64,000 nucleotides of DNA, from positions 2,624,001 to 2,688,000 of the forward strand of contig OZ241917.1 in NCBI GenBank assembly GCA_965203805.1. Direction: 5' to 3'. Source of the stretch: Candidatus Latescibacterota bacterium (GTDB lineage: Bacteria; Latescibacterota; UBA2968; GCA-2709665). Shown here one piece after another: positions 1 through 8,222 of the stretch; the first letter of the stretch is position 1; each line of letters opens with the position of its first letter. Position numbers and translations under genes: made by a program. A model generated the notes under the pieces. The model made no database searches, was not told the origin of the DNA, and saw only the letters and a list, made by a program, of their open reading frames with translations.

Positions 1-2
1 AG

Positions 3-848
3 ATCGTCGACGGCGTGCGAATCTATCCTCTGGACGCCGCCGTATCCGCGGCCGCAAACGGAGGGCCGCTGGTCGACGAATCCGGCCGCGCGATCGGCGT
101 GGTTTCGATTTCATCGCACGAAGATGGCGTATCCGGACGGGCGATTCCATCCGCCTATGCGCTGGGCCTGGATGACACCTTGCCGACCCGACCCTGGGAG
201 AGGATCGCCACACCCGCAACGCCTCCATCGCCGGCGCACGCTCCCGAGGATGTGCCTGCGCCGCCGGACCCCAACAGCATCCGCTTTCGCTTCTACCGGG
301 CTGAGAAACAGAGATTCAGCGACGTCAACCGGAACCTGTGGACGGATTCGATTCAGTGGTGGGTGGGGAATATCCAGGAAAAGTGCGGCGGAAACCCGCG
401 CGTCGACAACGTGGAAGACCGGGGTGTGGATGCAGTAACGATTCCATCCGCAAAGGCGCGGTTCACAACCCGGACAACCGGATGGGACTCCTGGGTGCTG
501 GGTACAGCCGCGCTGCAGGAATTGATCGCCGTCACCGAACGGACCCGTGACTTTCACATCGGCGTTTTTCAGGAAGTCAGGTACAAGCCTTCGCCCCAGG
601 AGAAGTCCCGGGCTGTCGCGGGGATCCACGTCCCGTCCAACGTCCTGGCGCTTTACTTCAAGGCCACCCGGATCGAGGAAGACGAACGCGCTCACTTTAT
701 CGGCTACCTCTTCGGTCTTGACAGCGGCGACGGCGGCGTGATGTCCTCCAGGTATCCCCGCGGGCCCGGCTCGCCCCCCGCCTACGGCAACATGTCCGCG
801 TGGCCGGCGCACTGGTGCGGGAAAATCGCCGGATATCTCGATCGATAG
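3..848 (+). CDS. Partial (5'-truncated) protein with trypsin-like peptidase C-terminal motif, probably catalytically degenerate, plus Pro-rich linker and unknown C-terminal domain
   Basis: Frame open to the window edge. DAAVSAAANGGPLVDESGRAIGV resembles the trypsin/HtrA motif DAAInPGNSGGPLvd..G.viGV. Confidence 0.5.
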   Translation: MVDGVRIYPLDAAVSAAANGGPLVDESGRAIGVVSISSHEDGVSGRAIPSAYALGLDDTLPTRPWERIATPATPPSPAHAPEDVPAPPDPNSIRFRFYRAEKQRFSDVNRNLWTDSIQWWVGNIQEKCGGNPRVDNVEDRGVDAVTIPSAKARFTTRTTGWDSWVLGTAALQELIAVTERTRDFHIGVFQEVRYKPSPQEKSRAVAGIHVPSNVLALYFKATRIEEDERAHFIGYLFGLDSGDGGVMSSRYPRGPGSPPAYGNMSAWPAHWCGKIAGYLDR

Positions 849-861
849 AATGCCGGAGGTC

Positions 862-902
862 ACAGGAAAGGCCCGGCAGAATTCCTGCCGGGCCTTTCCT
901 GT
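862..902. terminator. Bidirectional intrinsic terminator-like hairpin
   Basis: 18-bp perfect stem ACAGGAAAGGCCCGGCAG / CTGCCGGGCCTTTCCTGT with a 5-nt loop, between convergent genes. Confidence 0.75.
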
Positions 903-957
903 ATTCGACCGCCACAGTCTGCCGGGCGACGCGACGCGACGCGCGCCGCCGCCAGCA

Positions 958-2352
958 TCAGACGCCGGGCCCCGTCATTTTCTCCGGGCGCACCGCGGCG
1001 TCGAACGCTTCACCGTCCATCAGGTCGAGCGCCACCGCGGATTCCCGAAGCGTCAGATTCTCGTCGAATGCCTTCTTCGCCACCTTTGCCGCATTGTCGT
1101 ATCCAATCTGAGGATTCAGTGCCGTGACGAGCATCAGCGACCGCTCCAGATGGTTTCGGATATTCTCCCGGTTCGGTTCAATGCCCACCGCGCAGTGATC
1201 GTTGAACGCCGCACAGGCATCCGCCAGCAGCCGGACCGATTGCAGCAGATTGTAGACGATCAGCGGTTTGAACACGTTCAGTTCGAAATTCCCCGATGAT
1301 CCGCCCACCGCAATCGCCGTATCGTTTCCGATCACCTGCCCGGCCACCATCGTCATCGCTTCGCACTGCGTGGGGTTCACCTTCCCCGGCATGATCGAAC
1401 TGCCCGGTTCATTGGCCGGGAGCGTCAACTCGCCGACGCCGCACCGCGGCCCCGAAGCCAGCCACCGGGTGTCGTTGGCTATTTTCATCAGCGAGCAAGC
1501 CAGTGTTTTCAGTGCGCCGCTCGTTTCCACCATCGCGTCGTGGGCCGCCAGCGCCTCGAACTTGTTGCCTGCCGATACAAACGGATGCCCTGCCAATTCG
1601 GAAATCCGCGCGGCGGCCCGGTCGGCAAACTCCGGATGCGTATTCAGCCCGGTACCGACTGCCGTGCCGCCCAGCGCGAGCTCATACAGATTCGGCAGGC
1701 ACCGCTCAACGCGCTCCAGGCCTTTCGTCAACTGCGTTACGTATCCGGAGAATTCCTGGCTGAGCGTGAGTGGAACGGCGTCCATCAGATGCGTGCGACC
1801 AATCTTTATAATGTCCTCAAATTCGTCCGCTTTGCCTGCCAGTGTATCGCGCAGTTGTCCGACCATCGGAATCAACCGCCCGTGAATCTCGCAAACGGCC
1901 GCAATATGCATTGCCGCGGGAAACGTGTCGTTTGAGGACTGCGCCATGTTGACGTCGTCGTTCGGATGAATCGGGTCCTTGCCGCCCATCCGCCCGCCGG
2001 CAATCTGAATGGCCCGGTTGGAAATGACTTCATTGGCGTTCATATTCGTCTGGGTGCCGCTTCCCGTCTGCCAGACCCGCAGCGGAAAGTGGTCGTTCAG
2101 GGTACCCTCGATGACTTCGTTTGCCGCCCGCACAATGAGGTCCGCCTTTTCCGGCGGGAGCTTTCCCAGGTCCCGATTCACCAGCGCCGCCGCTTTCTTC
2201 AGAATGCCGAACGCCCTGATCAACTCCCTGGGCATGCGCTCTTCGCCAATATCGAAATGAACAAGCGCCCTGGCCGTCTGGGCGCCGTAATACCGGTCGT
2301 CCGGAACCTGAATCTCTCCCATGCTGTCCGTTTCGATTCTGTATCCCGCCAT
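958..2352 (-). CDS. fumC: Fumarate hydratase class II
   Basis: [11 protein letters not shown]-terminus, [23 protein letters not shown] and the [11 protein letters not shown] signature. Confidence 0.97.
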   Translation of the reverse strand: MAGYRIETDSMGEIQVPDDRYYGAQTARALVHFDIGEERMPRELIRAFGILKKAAALVNRDLGKLPPEKADLIVRAANEVIEGTLNDHFPLRVWQTGSGTQTNMNANEVISNRAIQIAGGRMGGKDPIHPNDDVNMAQSSNDTFPAAMHIAAVCEIHGRLIPMVGQLRDTLAGKADEFEDIIKIGRTHLMDAVPLTLSQEFSGYVTQLTKGLERVERCLPNLYELALGGTAVGTGLNTHPEFADRAAARISELAGHPFVSAGNKFEALAAHDAMVETSGALKTLACSLMKIANDTRWLASGPRCGVGELTLPANEPGSSIMPGKVNPTQCEAMTMVAGQVIGNDTAIAVGGSSGNFELNVFKPLIVYNLLQSVRLLADACAAFNDHCAVGIEPNRENIRNHLERSLMLVTALNPQIGYDNAAKVAKKAFDENLTLRESAVALDLMDGEAFDAAVRPEKMTGPGV

Positions 2353-2708
2353 CTTTCCTTCTCCTCAAGGATTGCGTGTTGATGCCAGAACTGTGTCCCG
2401 TCTCGGAACGATGTCACCGCTTGTCCGCCCATTCATCCCGCCTGCCTGCGGCGCCGCGCACTTCAAGATACAAAAACAGTACATTCCCGGCAACCCCATC
2501 CAGTGCGTCAGGCGCCATCATTAAGAAATATAACAGGATGTATTATTTTCTTGCTTTTAAAATTACTCTTGCTTATTTTTAAAGCTTGCTTTACCGACTC
2601 ATTCCGCGAGGTGTTCCGCGCACGGAGACCCCTCGGCCGTTTTCCGTTTCCGCCAGGGGTTCAACGGGAAGAAACGGTTGATACGAACTTCAATAGGGAG
2701 ACGTTTGC

Positions 2709-3626
2709 GTGCTGATCCAGAGTCTGAAGATCTTTTGCGACCTCATCGATACCCAGAGTTTTTCGAAGACGGCCGTTCTCAATGGCGTTACGCAATCCGC
2801 GGTCAGCCAACAGATCAAAAGCATCGAAAATCGCCAGGGCAAACCGTTGTTGGAACGGCATAAACGCAAGATCGGTCTCACAAAAGAGGGCGAGGTGTTT
2901 TACAAGGGCGCCGGCGACATTGTCAGGCGTTACGATGAGATGTTACAACGCGTGGAGGCTCTGGACGGCGTGGTTTCGGGCACGGTTCGCCTCTCGGCGA
3001 TTTACAGTGTGGGCATGCGTGAACTCGGACCCTACCTCAAGACCTACCTCAAAGCCTACCCGAAGGTCAACTTCCGCCTGGCCTACAACCACACCCCGCG
3101 GATCTACGACGACGTTGCCAGCGGCGAGATCGACTTCGGCGTGGTCGCCTTCCCCAGGCCCCACCGCAATATCAAGATCATCCCATTCTCCGAAGACAAC
3201 ATGGTGGTGGCATGCCCGCCCTCGAATCCACTTGCAGCGCGAGACCACATGGCCGTCAACGACATCAGCGATCATCCGCTGATTCTCTTCTCCCAGGAGA
3301 CCCACACCCGGCATGCGCTCGACCAGTTCTTCCGCAAACACCGGATTCAACCCAACATTGTCATGGAATTCGATCATATCGATACCATAAAGGACGCCGT
3401 CGAAGTCGACCTCGGCATCTCGATTCTGCCTGAACACTCGGTTGACCTGGAACACAAGGAAGGCAGCCTGAAAGCGCTCACCATCAAGGGCGACGTGCTA
3501 ACCAGACCCCTGGGCATCCTGCACAAACGTGGCCGCAGCCTTTCGGTGGCCGCCCGAAAACTCCTCGACGTGCTCAAGAACGGGAAAGCCCCGGCCGGCG
3601 AGTCGCAGGCGTCTGCCGCCGGATAG
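2709..3626 (+). CDS. LysR-family transcriptional regulator
   Basis: N-terminal HTH (SFSKTAVLNGVTQSAVSQQIKSIE) plus substrate-binding domain, 305 aa. Divergent from fumC across an AT-rich spacer. Confidence 0.93.
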   Translation: MLIQSLKIFCDLIDTQSFSKTAVLNGVTQSAVSQQIKSIENRQGKPLLERHKRKIGLTKEGEVFYKGAGDIVRRYDEMLQRVEALDGVVSGTVRLSAIYSVGMRELGPYLKTYLKAYPKVNFRLAYNHTPRIYDDVASGEIDFGVVAFPRPHRNIKIIPFSEDNMVVACPPSNPLAARDHMAVNDISDHPLILFSQETHTRHALDQFFRKHRIQPNIVMEFDHIDTIKDAVEVDLGISILPEHSVDLEHKEGSLKALTIKGDVLTRPLGILHKRGRSLSVAARKLLDVLKNGKAPAGESQASAAG

Positions 3627-3742
3627 GCTCCGATCGGGCGTCTGCCGGACCGGTTTGCGCCATCGGGCCGATTCCGGCTTCTCCTTCCCGCAATCAACGA
3701 ACATTCGCGTCAGGACTCACCGGCGGAAGCCGCTTCGAAACG

Positions 3743-4447
3743 TCACGCTGCACGGCCGTCGCCCGCGACCATCTCCTGAATCAGGAATCGAAGGAACCGG
3801 ACGCCCGTCCGGAAAGAAGGCGCTTTCGATTCTCCGCCGACCCGGTTTCCCTCCCACGTAGGAATCTCCTCGATCCGCATTCGTTGTTTCATCGCACGGA
3901 TCGTCATTTCGTATTCGATCGTATACCCCGTCGATGCGGGATTGAGCCTCAGGAATGCTTCCCGCGTAACCCCTCGAAACCCGTTGATGGTGTCCGTCAC
4001 GTACGATCCCCGATTCCAGAGTTGGTTGGCAATCCGCGTAAACATCTGGTTCGTCCACTTTCGCAGCGGCAGCGCGTCGTCGTCCTCCTCGTTCCGGGAG
4101 CCCGGCAGGAACCTGGACGCAATCACCATATCGGCGCCGTTTTCGATCGCGGTGAATAGCCCGGGGATGTCCTCCGGGTCTTCATTGCCGTCGGGACTGA
4201 AGAAAACCAGGCTCTCGCCTTTCGACGCCCGGACCGCCGCGCGAAACGCCTCGCCCCTCCCCGGGCGTTGCTGGTCCACCAGCCGGATCTGACGGGACGC
4301 CAGAACCTCCCGGGTACCATCCGTGGACCCGCCGTCCACGGCGAACACTTCGTCGGCCATCCGGGACAGATCCGGGCCGGCTGAGAACAGCCAGCGTACG
4401 CCGTCGACCTCATCGAGGGTAAGTAGAACAAGCGTCCGTCTTGCCAT
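3743..4447 (-). CDS. Glycosyltransferase family 2 (DPM1-like)
   Basis: VDGGSTDGT, FSPDGNEDP, ADMVIASRF and TDTINGFRG motifs. Start reassigned to ATG at 4447. Confidence 0.88.
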   Translation of the reverse strand: MARRTLVLLTLDEVDGVRWLFSAGPDLSRMADEVFAVDGGSTDGTREVLASRQIRLVDQQRPGRGEAFRAAVRASKGESLVFFSPDGNEDPEDIPGLFTAIENGADMVIASRFLPGSRNEEDDDALPLRKWTNQMFTRIANQLWNRGSYVTDTINGFRGVTREAFLRLNPASTGYTIEYEMTIRAMKQRMRIEEIPTWEGNRVGGESKAPSFRTGVRFLRFLIQEMVAGDGRAA

Positions 4448-4461
4448 CGTCCACCCCGGAC

Positions 4462-4525
4462 TCTGAGCCGCTCCCTGACCCTGCCTGCAATGAGCTTGTC
4501 GAAATGTCGAAGGGTCGGCGAAGGA
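4462..4525. repeat. Nested REP-like palindromes of the TGAG...CGAA type
   Basis: TCTGAGCCG..[CCCTGACCCTGCCTG[CAATGAGCTTGTCGAAATG]TCGAAGGG]..CGGCGAAGGA. The same core, TGAGCTTGTCGAA, recurs at 24456-24476. Confidence 0.6.
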
Positions 4526-4584
4526 ATGTCGTCGATTGACACGGAACGAAAAGCGAAACGCGAGGAACGCGGCGAGCCGGGACA

Positions 4585-5793
4585 CTAGGCCCGTCCGCCC
4601 TTGAAGAAACGATCGAACAGTTCCACGATACGATCCAGGTCGGCCAATGTGAGGTCCTGGTGGCAACCGATGTAGAATCCGCTCCGGTTGATCCACCCGG
4701 CAACGGGGTAATCCGCCTCGCCGATGCCCAGCAGACGCTGGTAGAGCGGCTGATTGGTCAGCGGGAGCATCTCCCGCGTCTCAACCCCGTTCTGTTCCAG
4801 GAAATCCACCAATGCGTCCTTTTTCCGGTCCCTCAGGACAATCGGATACATCATGAATGAATGTTCGCACCCCGGTCGAATCCGGGGAAGCTGCACAGAC
4901 GCTTCGTGTCCGGACAGACACCGGGTCAGATAGGCGGCATGCTTCCGCCGGCTGGAGATCATCTCTGTCGCGACCTCAAGCTGCGCCAGCCCGAGAGCGG
5001 CCTCCATCTCGGTCAATCGGAAACTGTAGCCGAGACTGACGAAAGAGAATCGCCGGGCGACGATCTCACGCAGTTCCTCCGGCGGTTTCCTGTCGTCGTC
5101 ATCTATATTCAGGTACGTCGAATCCCGCCCGTGGTTGATCAGCGATCTCAGCTTTTGCGCATAGCCGGGATCGTCGGTCGTATTCAATCCGCCCACGCCC
5201 GTTGTGAGCAGGTGCGCCGCATACGTGGAAAAACACCCGATTTCGCCGAGACTTCCGACGCTGCGGCCCTTGTATCCCGCGAACATGGTCTCGGCCGAAT
5301 CTTCGATGACCCGAAGGCCGTGCCCCCGCGCAAGTTCGAGGACTGGATCCATGTCGCACGGTTGTCCGAAGACGTGGACGGGAATGATCGCCCTGGTGCG
5401 AGGCGTGACCGCGGCCTCGATCCTTTCCGGGTCCAACTCGTAGTGGCGTGGGTCGACGTCCACCAGCACCGGACGCATCCGTCCGTGGAAGACGATATTT
5501 GCCGTACCCGCGAACGTCACCGCGGGCAGGATCACTTCGTCCCCGTCATCCCAGCCATGCAGTTCCTTCAGCGCGGCCAGAGCGACCAGCAGGGCGCTCG
5601 TCCCGCTGTTGCTCATCACGCCGAACCGACACCCGTGGGCGCGTGCGAATCCGGCCTCGAACGCCTGTGTCATCGGGCCGTAAGACAGCCGGTTGCTGTC
5701 CAGGACCTGGTTTACCAGCGCCCGGGCCCGTGGACTGACGTTCATCGTACCGACGCCGATTACGGGCGGCCGGTGATCACGATCTTCCGACAC
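4585..5793 (-). CDS. DegT/DnrJ/EryC1/StrS-family PLP/PMP enzyme, His-type (ColD/RfbH-like 3-dehydratase)
   Basis: NSGTSALLVAL, IIPVHVFGQPCDM, IEDSAET. FSTYAAHLLTTGVGG has His where aminotransferases have the Schiff-base Lys. GTG start at 5793. Confidence 0.85.
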   Translation of the reverse strand: MSEDRDHRPPVIGVGTMNVSPRARALVNQVLDSNRLSYGPMTQAFEAGFARAHGCRFGVMSNSGTSALLVALAALKELHGWDDGDEVILPAVTFAGTANIVFHGRMRPVLVDVDPRHYELDPERIEAAVTPRTRAIIPVHVFGQPCDMDPVLELARGHGLRVIEDSAETMFAGYKGRSVGSLGEIGCFSTYAAHLLTTGVGGLNTTDDPGYAQKLRSLINHGRDSTYLNIDDDDRKPPEELREIVARRFSFVSLGYSFRLTEMEAALGLAQLEVATEMISSRRKHAAYLTRCLSGHEASVQLPRIRPGCEHSFMMYPIVLRDRKKDALVDFLEQNGVETREMLPLTNQPLYQRLLGIGEADYPVAGWINRSGFYIGCHQDLTLADLDRIVELFDRFFKGGRA

Positions 5794-5806
5794 TTCGAAC
5801 CCGCTT

Positions 5807-6763
5807 TCAAGCCTTCGAAGATTCGCAGGAAGGCTGCTTCTCAACCCACGAAATCATGCGGCGAAGCCCTTCCTCCAGAGTCGTTGCGGCCTCAAATCCG
5901 AAATGCCGCTTCGCCCGCGTCACGTCCACGCACCGCCGCGGCTGCCCGTTCGGCCGGGTCGTATCCCAACGAACCCGCCCGGCGAATCCCGTCAGGCCGC
6001 GGATCTTCCCTGCGAGGTCGCGGATTGAGATCTCCACTCCCGATCCCAGGTTGACCGGTTCGGGCAGATCGTAACGTTGAGACGCGAGCAATACGCCCTC
6101 TGCGGCGTCCTCGACGTACAGAAACTCGCGCGTGGGCGACCCGTCTCCCCACAGGGTGACGTGACCGCGTCCGAGATTCCGGGCATCCACGAACTTTCGC
6201 ACCATGGACGCGAGTCCGTGGGACGTCTCCGGATCCAGGTTTTCTCCCGGTCCATAGAGGTTGGAAAGAAGCAGATGAATCGCGTTGTAGCCGTATTCCG
6301 CCCGGTAGGCCTGGCTCTGCACCAGCATCATTTTCTTGGCCAGGCCATAGGCCGCGTTCGTCTCTTCCGGATACCCGTCCCACAGGTTCTCCTCCCTGAA
6401 GGGGACCGGCGTGGACTTCGGATAGGCGCATACCGATCCGATCCCCACGAACTTGGGCACCTCGAACCTGCGGGCGCCTTCCATCAGGTGCGCGCCCATG
6501 GCCAGATTGTCGTAGAAAAAACGGCCCGGATACCGCTGATTGGCGCCAATGCCGCCAACGGAACCCGCCAGGTGAATCACCAGGTCGGGCCGCGTCGTCT
6601 CATACAGGCGGCGTACGTCTTCCTGTTCCCGCAGGTCGTAGTCCCGGCTGCGCGGCGCGAATACCCGACGGCAGCCCCGATCGCGCAGTTTCCGCACGAC
6701 GTGCCTGCCCAGAAAACCCGCGCCGCCGGTCACCGCAACCCTTTTGTCGGTCCAGAAACCCAT
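5807..6763 (-). CDS. fcl: GDP-L-fucose synthase / GDP-4-keto-6-deoxy-sugar epimerase-reductase
   Basis: VTGGAGFLG, HLAGSVGGIGAN, SVCAYPK, YGLAKK and WGDGSPTREFLYVEDAA. ATG at 6763. Confidence 0.9.
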   Translation of the reverse strand: MGFWTDKRVAVTGGAGFLGRHVVRKLRDRGCRRVFAPRSRDYDLREQEDVRRLYETTRPDLVIHLAGSVGGIGANQRYPGRFFYDNLAMGAHLMEGARRFEVPKFVGIGSVCAYPKSTPVPFREENLWDGYPEETNAAYGLAKKMMLVQSQAYRAEYGYNAIHLLLSNLYGPGENLDPETSHGLASMVRKFVDARNLGRGHVTLWGDGSPTREFLYVEDAAEGVLLASQRYDLPEPVNLGSGVEISIRDLAGKIRGLTGFAGRVRWDTTRPNGQPRRCVDVTRAKRHFGFEAATTLEEGLRRMISWVEKQPSCESSKA

Positions 6764-7278
6764 GCCGCGGTCCTCGCCGTCTTCCGATGGTTCCGTCGGG
6801 GAAAGGTCCTCTACCAAGTACCGGAACACCACGCACAGAATGGCCGAATAATTGGCGAGACTAAGGCCTTGGGAGCCATTGCGATGGTCCATTCAATCGA
6901 AAGCTGCACCCATCACCTTTTGCGGTTGGCGACTAAAGCCTCTGCGGGGTCATTTCGTCAAGGAACCTCTGATCAACCAGAGGGAATGAGCAAGTTGTAA
7001 CTTATGGGTCGTTTCGGAGGCTGTTTATGTTGAGAGGGTCGTCATCTTTCGGGTTTGCACGGGTGATTCCGGCCCCGGATGCGCTCGGTGCCGGCCATTT
7101 TGGCCGCCAGCGTCCGAATTGGAGGCACGGGTGCCTATGTAGTAGCCAGTTCCTGACGTGCCATATGGAAGTTAGCCAAGGCAAACAAGGTGAACAGATG
7201 CGCCGTATTCTTCGCCAGACCGCGATACCTGACCTTTCGGTAGCCCCACAGGTGTTTGATGATCCCAAAGGGATGTTC

Positions 7279-7314
7279 CCTGTCTGCGTGCGTGAGACAG
7301 CACGCACAGGCAGG
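7279..7314. repeat. 36-bp palindromic insertion A (CCTGTCTG...CAGGCAGG)
   Basis: CCTGTCTGCGTGCGTGAGACAGCACGCACAGGCAGG. Removal restores RARVEHPF. Confidence 0.9.
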
Positions 7315-7850
7315 GACCCGTGCGCGCGTGCGATTGCTCTTCTTGTTGAACGAAACATCCGCGCAGTTGAGCCGCTTGCCCCGGCGGGCCTTGCGAAGCA
7401 CTCGCCATTCCACGTCGTTGGCTTCGGCCCGTTCTTTTCGCGTCTGATCCGCATAGGCCTTGTCGCCGTAGATGGTCTTTTCTTTTCCGTGCAGACAGGC
7501 ATCCATCGCCTGCGAATCATGCACCGAAGCGGGGGTGGTCACCACACTGTGCACCCGTCCCTTCACATCCGCGCCCACGTGCGCCTTCATGCCGAAATGC
7601 CACGTGTTGCCCTTCTTCGTGCTGGCCATTTCAGGATCCCGTTTCCGATCCTTGTTCTTCGTCGAAGAAGGCGCGTGAATGATCGTGGCATCCACGATCG
7701 TGCCTTCGTTCACGATCAATCCCCGCCTGGACAAGTAGCGCTTCGTTTGCCGAAACAACGCTTCCGTCAACCCATGGTGCTCCAGAAAGTGACGGAATTT
7801 GCAGATCGTCGTCTCATCAGGTACGCCGTTGATGTTCACACCCGCAAAGC

Positions 7851-7869
7851 CCTGCCTGCAGCAGGCAGG
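7851..7869. repeat. 19-bp palindromic insertion B (frameshifting)
   Basis: CCTGCCTGCAGCAGGCAGG. Removal restores the frame and SMRRFAGVNINGVPDETTI. Confidence 0.92.
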
Positions 7870-7979
7870 GACGCATCGACTCCACGTCGTAGAGACTGTC
7901 TTCCATTCCCGGATCGCTCAATCCATACCATTGTTGCATAAAGTAGATACGCAGCATCACCTCCGCACCGATCGGACGA

Positions 7980-8006
7980 CCTGCCTGCGCCGACTCGGCA
8001 GGCAGG
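7980..8006. repeat. 27-bp palindromic insertion C
   Basis: CCTGCCTGCGCCGACTCGGCAGGCAGG. Removal restores YPKPGNGRRPIG. Confidence 0.9.
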
Positions 8007-8222
8007 CGACCGTTGCCAGGTTTCGGATACTTCCTCTCAATCGATTTAAGCAGTATCTCCCACGGCAACACCGCATCCATCTCTTTCAGAAAACGTTCCC
8101 TGCGCGTCTGCTTCTTCTTCGTCCTGTACGCCAGATCCGAAAAACTCATTTGTTTCATCCCTGGGCCCCTCGTTCTATGTCGATCCATCAGAAATCACAA
8201 CACGACGGCTCACGCTCCAATT

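Larger units (their letters stand above)
7135..8158 (-). pseudogene. IS5 DDE transposase interrupted by three palindromic insertions (one frameshifting)
   Basis: KKQTRRERFL.EM..V.PW, MLRIYFMQQWY.LSDP.MED.LY, PDETTI..FRH.LE, VDATII, WHFGMKAH.G, GDKAY, EHPF...K...GY.KVRYRGL.KN. Split into two ORFs at 7851-7869. Confidence 0.93.

Noticed and set aside
2441-2460. CCTGCCTGC upstream of fumC
   Set aside because: No closing CAGGCAGG arm; it could be chance or a remnant.
7839-7870. Programmed frameshift or sequencing error explaining the split transposase
   Set aside because: The shift is fully explained by the 19-bp palindrome, whose removal restores SMRRFAG. There is no slippery A-tract at the junction.
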